A stretch of 32,000 nucleotides of DNA. It comes from Thermoproteus tenax Kra 1 (GTDB lineage Archaea; Thermoproteota; Thermoprotei; Thermoproteales; Thermoproteaceae). A program made the position numbers and the translations under genes. Of this stretch, positions 14,894-22,379 are shown in pieces. Each line of letters begins with the position of its first letter. Position 1 is the stretch's first letter. The notes beneath the pieces are model-generated. The model made no database searches. It saw only the letters and a list, made by a program, of their open reading frames with translations, and had not been told where the DNA came from. The stretch spans positions 1,020,001 to 1,052,000 of the forward strand of contig NC_016070.1 in the NCBI RefSeq assembly GCF_000253055.1, in the 5' to 3' direction.

Positions 14894-16083
14894 ATGAGCC
14901 CCCTCAGAGTGAGCGGTATTGAGAGGTAGTACATCTTCATTATCCACCACCCCCAATCGGTGGGCACGAAGGGGTCTGCTTTATGGCCGTAGTTCCACCA
15001 CGGCATCCAAGCCCTCCCTTTATATGGCCAGTTGGCCGGCGCCGGCACGTCTGACAGAAGCGGGCAGATCGCCTCCCCCTGATACAGCCTTCTGCAGCCC
15101 AGCCCCTTGATTTCACACGATATGTTGTAGGCCACGACGTTGGCCTGGTAGTGGGCCGTGGCGCCGGCCCTCGCTACGCCTATGGAGGCCACGTCCCCCA
15201 GGATGTAGACATCGTCGTAGTGCTCCTTGCCCCTTCTATACTGTAGAGTCCTCCGGTCCGCCGGCAGAAAGCCGAAGGGGTTTCCTATCTCCGACTTAGC
15301 CACAGCCTCGGGCCCGCGGTGTAGCGGCACCGAGATCAATAGGTCGTACTTCACTTTCTCCCCGCTTTCCGAGATCACCACTTTCTCCTTTGGGTCCACC
15401 TCAGCGGCTGAGAAGTTAAATATGACGTTGAGCCCACGCTCTTGGAACGCGAGGAGGAGCTCCTTGTTTACCTCAGGCTGCGCGTGGAGGTGGTCCGTGG
15501 GAGTGAGCAGATAGTACTCCACCTGGGCTCTAGTCTGGGTTATATGGCGAAGGTAGCCATCTATTAACAGAGAGCTCTTGGCTGGGGCTATTGGGCATTT
15601 AATTGGCTCATCAGGCATTACTACCAGCTGTACTATACGTCCACGTTTGAATTCTCTAAGCTTGTTCCTAAGCTCTACCACTTTTTCAAGCGGGCCATAG
15701 TAGGTGTTGTAGTCGTTTGAGAGACCCGGCGGATAGCTTAAGTCGTAGCGCGCCCCCAGCGCGATGACGAGGTAGTCATAGCTGTGTCTAACGCCGTCGT
15801 GCGTCTCCACAGCTCTGTTTTTCAGATCTATCTTTGTTACATCTCCCTTGTAGAAGGTTATAACCGGATCCAACAATTCCCTTTTTCTGTATATAATATC
15901 TTCTTGTCTTAGTTGATCTACAAGGAGGAGGGTATATCCAGCCTCTAGCACATAGCTGTCGGTTCTGTCGATGACCTTCACCTCCACCTCTCCCCTCACG
16001 GCCTCCCTCCTTAGATCTCGGCTGAGTTTGTTTGCAACTATCAACCCGGCGGTGCCTGCGCCCAAGATCAGCACGCGTTTCAT
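14890..16083 (-). CDS. FAD-dependent pyridine nucleotide-disulfide oxidoreductase, SQR/NDH-2 type
   Basis: The ORF is 397 aa with an N-terminal Rossmann motif, VLILGAGTAGL. Two Cys, at 163 (IKCPIAP) and 340 (EAICPLL), sit at positions resembling the redox Cys pair of sulfide:quinone oxidoreductases. A second dinucleotide-type motif is DVYILGDVAS. Confidence 0.7.
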   Translation of the reverse strand: MKRVLILGAGTAGLIVANKLSRDLRREAVRGEVEVKVIDRTDSYVLEAGYTLLLVDQLRQEDIIYRKRELLDPVITFYKGDVTKIDLKNRAVETHDGVRHSYDYLVIALGARYDLSYPPGLSNDYNTYYGPLEKVVELRNKLREFKRGRIVQLVVMPDEPIKCPIAPAKSSLLIDGYLRHITQTRAQVEYYLLTPTDHLHAQPEVNKELLLAFQERGLNVIFNFSAAEVDPKEKVVISESGEKVKYDLLISVPLHRGPEAVAKSEIGNPFGFLPADRRTLQYRRGKEHYDDVYILGDVASIGVARAGATAHYQANVVAYNISCEIKGLGCRRLYQGEAICPLLSDVPAPANWPYKGRAWMPWWNYGHKADPFVPTDWGWWIMKMYYLSIPLTLRGLI

Positions 16084-16191
16084 GCGCGAGCTTGGCGATA
16101 CTCTTATTAGCGTTATTCTACATTTTTGAGAAAATTGTTATTACAGAGAAATGGGTAATAATCTATTTACCCGACGACGGAAGGGCGTTGC

Positions 16192-17535
16192 GTGATTCCC
16201 AGGGTTGTGGTGTCGTCCTTTAAAGGCATGTCGGGGAAGACCATAGTCTCGCTGGCGCTCATGTACGGCCTCTCCAGGAGGGGGCTTAGGGTTGCCCCCT
16301 TCAAGGTGGGGCCCGACTACATCGACCCCAGCTACCACGCGGCGGCGGCTGGGAGGCCCAGCAGAAACCTCGACGCGGTTCTGATGGGGGAGAGGGGGGT
16401 GGTGGAGCGCTTCGCCAAATTCTCGAGGGGCGCGGACATCGCCGTTGTGGAGGGGGTCCAGGGCCTCTACGACTCCTTCGACGGCGTCTCCGAGCTGGGC
16501 TCCACGGCGCAGGTGGCCAAGCTGTTGAGGGCCCCCGTGGTCCTCGTGTTGAACGGGGAGAGGGTGAACAGAACTCTCAGGGCCGTGGTGAGGGGGCTGA
16601 GGCAGTTCGACCCGGAGGTTAAAATCCCGGGAGTAGTTTTAACAAACGTCACTAGGAGCCAGGCGGAGAAGCTGAGGAGGGCCCTCCCCGAGGAGGGCGT
16701 GGAGGTGCTGGGCGCGGTGCCGAGGAGCGAGAGGCTGGCGGAGGCCTTCTCCTACAGACACCTCGGCCTCACGCCGGTGGGCGAGAGGGGCGATGTCCCC
16801 AACATAGTGGAGGCCCTCGAGAAATACGTCCTGCCCTACATCGACCTTGACGCCGTCGTGGCCCTGGCTAAATCGGCGGGCGATCTGCCCTATGACGCCG
16901 ACGAGGGGGACCCCGCGGGGTCGGGCACGTGCAGAATCGGCATCGTCCTCGACAGAGCCTTCACCTTCTACTACCCCGAGGTCTTCGAGGAGGCCAAGTC
17001 TCTGGGGGAGGTGGTGTTTCTAGACTCGCTGGAGATGCAGGAGCTGCCCCCGGTGGACGTGGTCTTCATAGGCGGGGGCTTCCCCGAGACCTCCGCCGAG
17101 GAGCTGGAGAGGAACAGAGCCTTCAGATCCTCGCTTTTGAGGTACATCGAGCGGGGAGGCAGGCTGTACGCCGAGTGCGGCGGCCTCATGTACCTCACCT
17201 CCTCCATAGTGGTAGAGGGCTCGGAGTACGAGATGGTCGGCGCGATAGACGCCGTAACTGTGATGTTGAAGAGGCCGGTGGGGAGGGGGTACGCCTGGGG
17301 CGTAGTCGAGGGGAGGACCCCCGTCGCCCCTCCGGGGACCAGGCTGGTGGGGCACGAGTTCCACTACTCCAAGCTCGTCCTCAGGGAGAGGGTGGAGGCC
17401 GCTATAAGGCTGGAGAGGGGGGTCGGGATCGGCGGCGGCAGAGACGGCGTTGTGAAGGGCAATATGCACGCGCAGTACCTCCACCTGCACCCCTACACCT
17501 ACAGCGCTTTGAGGGCGCTATGCCGCTCTACGTAG
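16192..17535 (+). CDS. Cobyrinic acid a,c-diamide synthase family amidase (CbiA/DsrN-like)
   Basis: The ORF is 447 aa with a GTG start. It has an N-terminal P-loop (SSFKGMSGKT) and a C-terminal glutamine amidotransferase domain with AECGGLMYL and HEFHYS. Confidence 0.8.
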   Translation: MIPRVVVSSFKGMSGKTIVSLALMYGLSRRGLRVAPFKVGPDYIDPSYHAAAAGRPSRNLDAVLMGERGVVERFAKFSRGADIAVVEGVQGLYDSFDGVSELGSTAQVAKLLRAPVVLVLNGERVNRTLRAVVRGLRQFDPEVKIPGVVLTNVTRSQAEKLRRALPEEGVEVLGAVPRSERLAEAFSYRHLGLTPVGERGDVPNIVEALEKYVLPYIDLDAVVALAKSAGDLPYDADEGDPAGSGTCRIGIVLDRAFTFYYPEVFEEAKSLGEVVFLDSLEMQELPPVDVVFIGGGFPETSAEELERNRAFRSSLLRYIERGGRLYAECGGLMYLTSSIVVEGSEYEMVGAIDAVTVMLKRPVGRGYAWGVVEGRTPVAPPGTRLVGHEFHYSKLVLRERVEAAIRLERGVGIGGGRDGVVKGNMHAQYLHLHPYTYSALRALCRST

Positions 17536-18170
17536 TGGGGGCAGGCCCCGGCGACCCCAAGCTCTTGACGGTGAGGGCTAGGGAGCTGCTCGAGCAAGCC
17601 GACGTGGTGGCATACGGCGACCTCGTGCCGGAGGAGGTGGCGAGGATCGCGGGGAGGGCCCGCTTGGTGAGGATCGGCCACAGGAGGGCGGAGCACGACG
17701 CAGCTATAGACGCCCTGATAGAGGAGGCGCGGAGGAGCAACGTGGTGATTCTTAAGAACGGCGACCCGGCCATATTCGGGAGGGGGATCAAGATATGTAA
17801 AAAGGCTAGGGAGAGGGGGGTGCCGTGCGAGGTTGTGCCGGGCGTCAGCTCTTTTACGGCCGCGGCCGCCCTCTTCCAGATCGAGCTTACAGACGGCGAA
17901 GATCTTAGACATATAGCCCTCCTCTCCTATCCCCACTTCTCGGCGGATATCTTGAGGGAGGTTAAGGCGGACACCATAGTCATATTCATGATGGGGGACA
18001 GACTACAGGAGGTAGGCCAGGTGTTGGCCCAAGTCTGTAACCCAGAGAGAGTATACCTCTGCGTGGGAGTATCCACGGGGGGCCGTTGCGAGGAGGTCGC
18101 CCTCGAGGCCCTGGGAGAGAGGAGGGGGGTGAGGCCTGCTCTCGTCATAGTCCAGCGGTGTAGATCTTAA
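17520..18170 (+). CDS. Tetrapyrrole methylase (uroporphyrinogen-III / precorrin C-methyltransferase family)
   Basis: ATG 17520 gives MPLYVVGAGPGDPKLLT. It has the motifs VILKNGDPAIFGRG and VVPGVSSFTAAAA. It overlaps the preceding gene by 16 nt. The upstream 197 codons of track ORF 16929..18170 are rejected. Confidence 0.8.
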   Translation: MPLYVVGAGPGDPKLLTVRARELLEQADVVAYGDLVPEEVARIAGRARLVRIGHRRAEHDAAIDALIEEARRSNVVILKNGDPAIFGRGIKICKKARERGVPCEVVPGVSSFTAAAALFQIELTDGEDLRHIALLSYPHFSADILREVKADTIVIFMMGDRLQEVGQVLAQVCNPERVYLCVGVSTGGRCEEVALEALGERRGVRPALVIVQRCRS

Positions 18171-18273
18171 GCGGCTCGGGCGAGGGGCCCGCTCTGCGTT
18201 GGGCGGGGGCGCTACTTGGAGGCTGCGCGAGGGGGACAGCTTGATATCGGCCGTGGGCTTGAGGACGCCGGAG

Positions 18274-18888
18274 TTAGCCGACGGAGGTCCTCCTCCCCCT
18301 CATAAGAGGTCTGCCGAAGTCGAACCGCTCGTCCCTCCAGGGATCTGCGTTGAGCGAGTACCCCCTCATCTCCCAGTAGCCCGGCACGTGCTCCGTGAGC
18401 ACCTCCACTGCGGCGAAGTATTTCACGGATTTCCACGCGTAGCGCGTGGGGACCACTAGGCGGGCCGGAGCGCCGTGCCTCTTGGGGAGCGGCTGGCCGT
18501 TCATGGCCCAGGCCACGATGGTGCTCTCCTCCATCAGCGCCTCTATGGGGAGGCTGGCGGAGTAGCCGTCTGCGCCCCAGACTAAGGCGTAGGCGCCGTA
18601 GGGCCTCGCCTGCTCCAACAGGTGCCTCAGAGGCGCCCCCGTCCACTTCACAGACTCGATCGACCATCCAGTCACACAGTGGAAGGGCGCCACCAGCTCC
18701 ACGCAGGGCCCCTCCTCCATAAGCCTCTTGAGCGGGACCTCCAACGGCCTCTCGACCGCGCCGTAGATCTTTATTGTGTGCCTCTCGGGCGGTATATCCG
18801 GCGGCTCGAACACGTCGTAGACGACGAACCTCTTGGCTCTGATTTGGCCGGGCGGCCACGGCCTATCCACTACTATCTGCCGACACAT
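18274..18888 (-). CDS. Sulfite-oxidase-family molybdopterin-binding domain protein (YedY/MsrP-like), no signal peptide
   Basis: The ORF is 204 aa. FHCVTGWSIESVKWTGAPLRHLL and NGQPLPKRHGAPARLVVPTRYAWKSVKYF match the Moco-binding core. There is no Tat or Sec leader and no dimerisation domain. Confidence 0.7.
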   Translation of the reverse strand: MCRQIVVDRPWPPGQIRAKRFVVYDVFEPPDIPPERHTIKIYGAVERPLEVPLKRLMEEGPCVELVAPFHCVTGWSIESVKWTGAPLRHLLEQARPYGAYALVWGADGYSASLPIEALMEESTIVAWAMNGQPLPKRHGAPARLVVPTRYAWKSVKYFAAVEVLTEHVPGYWEMRGYSLNADPWRDERFDFGRPLMRGRRTSVG

Positions 18889-18915
18889 GGAGTAGCCCCG
18901 ACTTCCACTAAAAAG

Positions 18916-19506
18916 TTATGGGGGGACTTCCTGCAGCAAGACCACCTGCGTGTAGGGCTGGGCCATGTCTCTGAACTTGTAGAAGAGGGCGGCGTTGGGG
19001 AAATGGAGTGGCACCGCTATCTTGGGCCTCAGAAGCTTCACCGCCTCCACAGCCTCCTCCGGGGTCATAACGCCGTCTCCCCCGATGGGGGCAAGAAAGA
19101 TGTCTGCGCCGGCCGCCTCGCCCATCTCCTTTATGAGGTCCGTGTCGCCGGGGTGATAGACTGAGGCTCCGCCGGCTTCAACCAGATAGCCCACGCCGCC
19201 TCTGTGGATCGGAGCCCCTCCCTCAAGCTTGGTCACATTGTAGGCGGGCAGAACTCTGACGGAGAAGGGGCCCAGCCTCAACGAGTCCCCCGGCTTGGCC
19301 CGGCCATTGAAGGGGGCCAGGAACTCGCCTCCGTATCCGCCGTAGTGCCTGGGGTGGGGGTGGGTGTAGAGCACGTGGGCGCACGTCGGCCTCAAGACGT
19401 CTATACACAACGTAGACCCCTCGGCCGCCACCACTACGCCTGCGTAGTCCGCCCTCCAGAGAGTTAGCCCTCTGAAGGACAGCTTGTGCACTGAGCCGAA
19501 CAACAC
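18916..19506 (-). CDS. Metallo-beta-lactamase-fold protein with a variant metal motif
   Basis: The ORF is 196 aa. THPHPRHYGG sits where HxHxDH is expected, and GASVYHPGDT and AVPLHF lie downstream, consistent with the COG2220-type MBL fold. Confidence 0.6.
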   Translation of the reverse strand: MLFGSVHKLSFRGLTLWRADYAGVVVAAEGSTLCIDVLRPTCAHVLYTHPHPRHYGGYGGEFLAPFNGRAKPGDSLRLGPFSVRVLPAYNVTKLEGGAPIHRGGVGYLVEAGGASVYHPGDTDLIKEMGEAAGADIFLAPIGGDGVMTPEEAVEAVKLLRPKIAVPLHFPNAALFYKFRDMAQPYTQVVLLQEVPP

Positions 19507-19511
19507 CTCCG

Positions 19512-20195
19512 TTATATCTTTATCCTCCCTCTGTCGCAGAAAACTACAAAGCCTCTGCCGCGCGCATTTGCCACTAGAGTGACGCCGAGCTTACACGCCA
19601 TCTCAACACCGCTATAAAGGGGGCCTCTAATGCTAATTACAACTGGAGAGCCCACGGCGTATGCCCTGGCTACTATGTCCGCTGAGGCGCGCCCGGTGGT
19701 CAAGACGATACCGCCTCTGATCCCCCTCTTGAGCGCCTTACCCACTAGCTTCAAGGCTGAGGAATGTCTACTGACGTCATGGGCGACTAGCCACTCCCCA
19801 TTCACGATTGCAGCAGTGTGCATCGCCAAAGTGGGCTCTACAGCGGGCATCGTGAACTTGGCGAACTCTGAGGCGAGCGCTCTGACTTGCTCCATGCTTA
19901 TGCTCGTCTCTACGATCCCCCTCCTGAGGGCACTGAGGGCGCCCCCGCACTCCTCTAGCGTCGTATGGACGCCAGTCCGCCTAGCCTTGACCTTGGCAAT
20001 GATCTTATTGTCGCGCACCTCCACTTCCTCAACATCGCCTAGGGCATCTATATAGCCCTCAGCGTAGAGGAACCCTAGGGCTAGGTCGTCGAGTTCGCTG
20101 GGAGTAGCCACGACAGTGGCCACAAGAGCGTCGTTGACATAGATCTCTATCATTCTATCTACCGCAACCTTTATTCCGTATATCTCACGCCACAT
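19512..20195 (-). CDS. fdhD: FdhD-family sulfurtransferase / formate dehydrogenase accessory protein
   Basis: The ORF is 227 aa. IEIYVNDALVATVVATPSELDDLALGFLYAEGYI and a C-terminal TTGRASADIVARAYAVGSPVVISIRGP...GVTLV are typical of FdhD. It overlaps fdhE by 11 nt. Confidence 0.75.
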   Translation of the reverse strand: MWREIYGIKVAVDRMIEIYVNDALVATVVATPSELDDLALGFLYAEGYIDALGDVEEVEVRDNKIIAKVKARRTGVHTTLEECGGALSALRRGIVETSISMEQVRALASEFAKFTMPAVEPTLAMHTAAIVNGEWLVAHDVSRHSSALKLVGKALKRGIRGGIVLTTGRASADIVARAYAVGSPVVISIRGPLYSGVEMACKLGVTLVANARGRGFVVFCDRGRIKI

Positions 20196-20760
20196 GGTTG
20201 GCTAATATCCTTAGCGCATATTGAGCCACCTCGTCGACTTCTCCATAGGCCTCTACGTGTACAAATCCACATCTTCTACATTTATTGAAGAAGATTCCCT
20301 CCAGCTTCTCGTTGATAAAGACGTCGAAGTTCTCCCTCCCTTCCACGCCGCAATTGGGGCAGCGCCACCACTTATAGCGCCAAGTGAAGCCGCAGACGCA
20401 TCTCGCCACACGCTCCTTCCCCTCGAAGAACGCACTGTTCACCTTCCTCACCAAGAACAGTTGGGGCCGTCTCCCGCATATTGGGCAATAGTCCTCCGAC
20501 CATCCTCTGAAGCTCCCTCCGTACATTGAGGCGAGCTTCCGTGCAACAATCAGTTGGCCCAAGCTCTGATCGCCCACCAGAGCCTCATAATCTCCAAGGT
20601 TCTCCACTTGTTTCAGGAGAGGAGGAGTAAAAGACTTGAGAGATGGAGTCAGCTGAGAGGATCCCAAAAAAGAGTTGAGCTCCTTGGGTATATTCAATAG
20701 TTCCTCTCTGCACTCTTCATTATCCCCACAGATTAAATTAAGTAGTACTTCTTTTGACAT
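20185..20760 (-). CDS. fdhE: FdhE-like accessory protein (four CxxC motifs)
   Basis: The ORF is 191 aa with CPICG, CVCG, CPNCG and CRRCG arranged as in FdhE rubredoxin-like domains. It overlaps the cytochrome b gene by 23 nt. Confidence 0.65.
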   Translation of the reverse strand: MSKEVLLNLICGDNEECREELLNIPKELNSFLGSSQLTPSLKSFTPPLLKQVENLGDYEALVGDQSLGQLIVARKLASMYGGSFRGWSEDYCPICGRRPQLFLVRKVNSAFFEGKERVARCVCGFTWRYKWWRCPNCGVEGRENFDVFINEKLEGIFFNKCRRCGFVHVEAYGEVDEVAQYALRILANHVA

Positions 20761-21481
20761 ATTTCAAATATTTAGGCATATGTCTTTGAGCCCAACTTAG
20801 GGGTATTTTGCCGTATCCAAACATTGCCAGTAACAGAGGTCTGTTTGTCGGATGCAACACTGCAAATAGGTGAGCGAAGATGAATATCAAGCCTAGGTAG
20901 AACCCAAGGTCGTGTAGTAGTAATAAAATTCTATATTCGTCGATTGTAAGCCCGAGGATGTTGGCGTAGACCATGAGCACTCCGCTGATTGACAACAAGA
21001 GAATTGACGCCACAAGCTCTATTGCCATATAAGCCACCAAGACGTTGTGTCTCTCCAAATTTTCAGCGACATCGTTGGGTAAAGGCTTTCCGAAGACATA
21101 GTGGTCTACTAGCGCCCTCGCCTCTCTTATCTGTTGGCCCAAGGGCCTCTTTAATGCGTCGAATACTCTAATACGCTTGAAGGCCAATAAATAGATCGCG
21201 TAGATTATGAGGAAGAGCCCCCATAGCTCTCCGAGGAATCTATGGGACGTTCTGGCGAGCTCCTCGCCTATGGACACAGGGTAGGGATTACCCAAAAGGG
21301 AGGCTAGGGGAGCTCCCACGGCATAACTGAGCCAGCTCATTAGATCGGGGAACAGCAACATGGCGCCTGTCACAGCCAAGAGCGTAAACAATACCAAGTT
21401 GAGCGAGTGGGCGACCTTATAGCCCACTGATATAACCTCGACCTCTTCTATATTCTTTTTTTCATAATTTACACTACTCAT
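20738..21481 (-). CDS. Membrane cytochrome b subunit (FdnI / Ni-Fe hydrogenase b-type cytochrome family)
   Basis: The ORF is 247 aa and polytopic, with conserved-looking His in the helices (VAHSLNLVLF, LLLHDLGFYLGLIFIFAHLFAVLH). Its position follows the FeS subunit. Confidence 0.65.
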   Translation of the reverse strand: MSSVNYEKKNIEEVEVISVGYKVAHSLNLVLFTLLAVTGAMLLFPDLMSWLSYAVGAPLASLLGNPYPVSIGEELARTSHRFLGELWGLFLIIYAIYLLAFKRIRVFDALKRPLGQQIREARALVDHYVFGKPLPNDVAENLERHNVLVAYMAIELVASILLLSISGVLMVYANILGLTIDEYRILLLLHDLGFYLGLIFIFAHLFAVLHPTNRPLLLAMFGYGKIPLSWAQRHMPKYLKYVKRSTT

Positions 21482-21510
21482 AATAAGATATTGAGTATTA
21501 ATTTAAAAAT

Positions 21511-22377
21511 TTATTGTCCAGAAGATTGTGCCGAGGACTTCGACCTCTCTTGTTCCTCGATGCGCGACTTGCGCCAAGAGGCGATTCCAACGGCGGCTAG
21601 CCCCACAGCCAACACGGGAGCGCCCACTACGGCGACTTCTTTCAACGCCTCTCTGATCGAGTTTGTCGGCACTACAGCTTGGCTCGGGAAGTGTTGTTGT
21701 ATGGCGAACGACTTTCTGTCAGATGAGACGTAAATCCATCTCACTTGTCCTCCAACGTAAGGATCTAGGTCGAGCCCATACACCACTCTGCCCTTGGACT
21801 GTTCCTCTCTAGCCCTCTGAATTATCTCCGAGGCCACTCCGAAGGTGAAGACGCCAGTGGGGCATACCTCGACGCATGCGGGCTCTCTCCCATTCTGGAT
21901 CCTATCAACGCAGAATGTACACTTGTAATACTTTCCGTCATCGCCTCTCCTAGGCACATTATAGGGACAAGCGTTCTGACAGAATCCGCAGCCTATACAC
22001 TGCTCCTTGTTTATGACCACGGCCCCCTCAGGCGTGACAGATATAGCGCCGGACGGACACGATCTGGCACACGGCGCCTCCACACAGTGTAGGCATTGGG
22101 CCGGCAACGGCGCAAAGTCCACTTGTTCAAACACAAGCTCTCCAGCCGGAGTGGCCAAACCCTTCTTAGTGGTTCCCTCGTAGTAGAACACGACCTTCCA
22201 GTCCTGGGCTGTGAAGTCCGGAGGATTAGTAAAGGTCGGACTAAATGAGGTTTTGACAGGCGATAGCCCGTTCCAGTCTTTACAAGCGAGCTGGCACGCT
22301 CTACAGCCTATACACTTATCTATGTCGACCAAGACGGCGTATCCTTGATCAGCCGGCGGGAAGTTGACGGACACCAT
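21511..22377 (-). CDS. 4Fe-4S ferredoxin-type electron-transfer subunit (FdnH/DmsB family) with a C-terminal TM anchor
   Basis: The ORF is 288 aa with cluster motifs CIGCRACQLAC, CLHCVEAPC, CIGCGFCQNACP and CTFC...CVEVCP. The C-terminal hydrophobic helix is VAVVGAPVLAVGLAAVGIASW. Confidence 0.85.
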   Translation of the reverse strand: MVSVNFPPADQGYAVLVDIDKCIGCRACQLACKDWNGLSPVKTSFSPTFTNPPDFTAQDWKVVFYYEGTTKKGLATPAGELVFEQVDFAPLPAQCLHCVEAPCARSCPSGAISVTPEGAVVINKEQCIGCGFCQNACPYNVPRRGDDGKYYKCTFCVDRIQNGREPACVEVCPTGVFTFGVASEIIQRAREEQSKGRVVYGLDLDPYVGGQVRWIYVSSDRKSFAIQQHFPSQAVVPTNSIREALKEVAVVGAPVLAVGLAAVGIASWRKSRIEEQERSKSSAQSSGQ

Positions 22378-22379
22378 GG

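Noticed and set aside
16929-17519. The N-terminal 197 codons of track ORF 16929..18170, which would make a 413-aa methylase.
   Set aside because: The extension lies inside the CbiA-like gene in another frame and is Arg/Gly/Pro-rich. The methylase family N-terminus (VVGAGPGDP) begins right after ATG 17520.
17020-18859. Long alternative-frame ORFs in the GC-rich block: 17020..17490, 17499..17936 and 18212..18859. The same pattern applies to 29229..29996, 30246..30869, 28990..29406 and 31259..31621.
   Set aside because: All overlap motif-supported genes and have the Arg/Pro/Gly/Ala bias typical of off-frame translation of GC-rich DNA.
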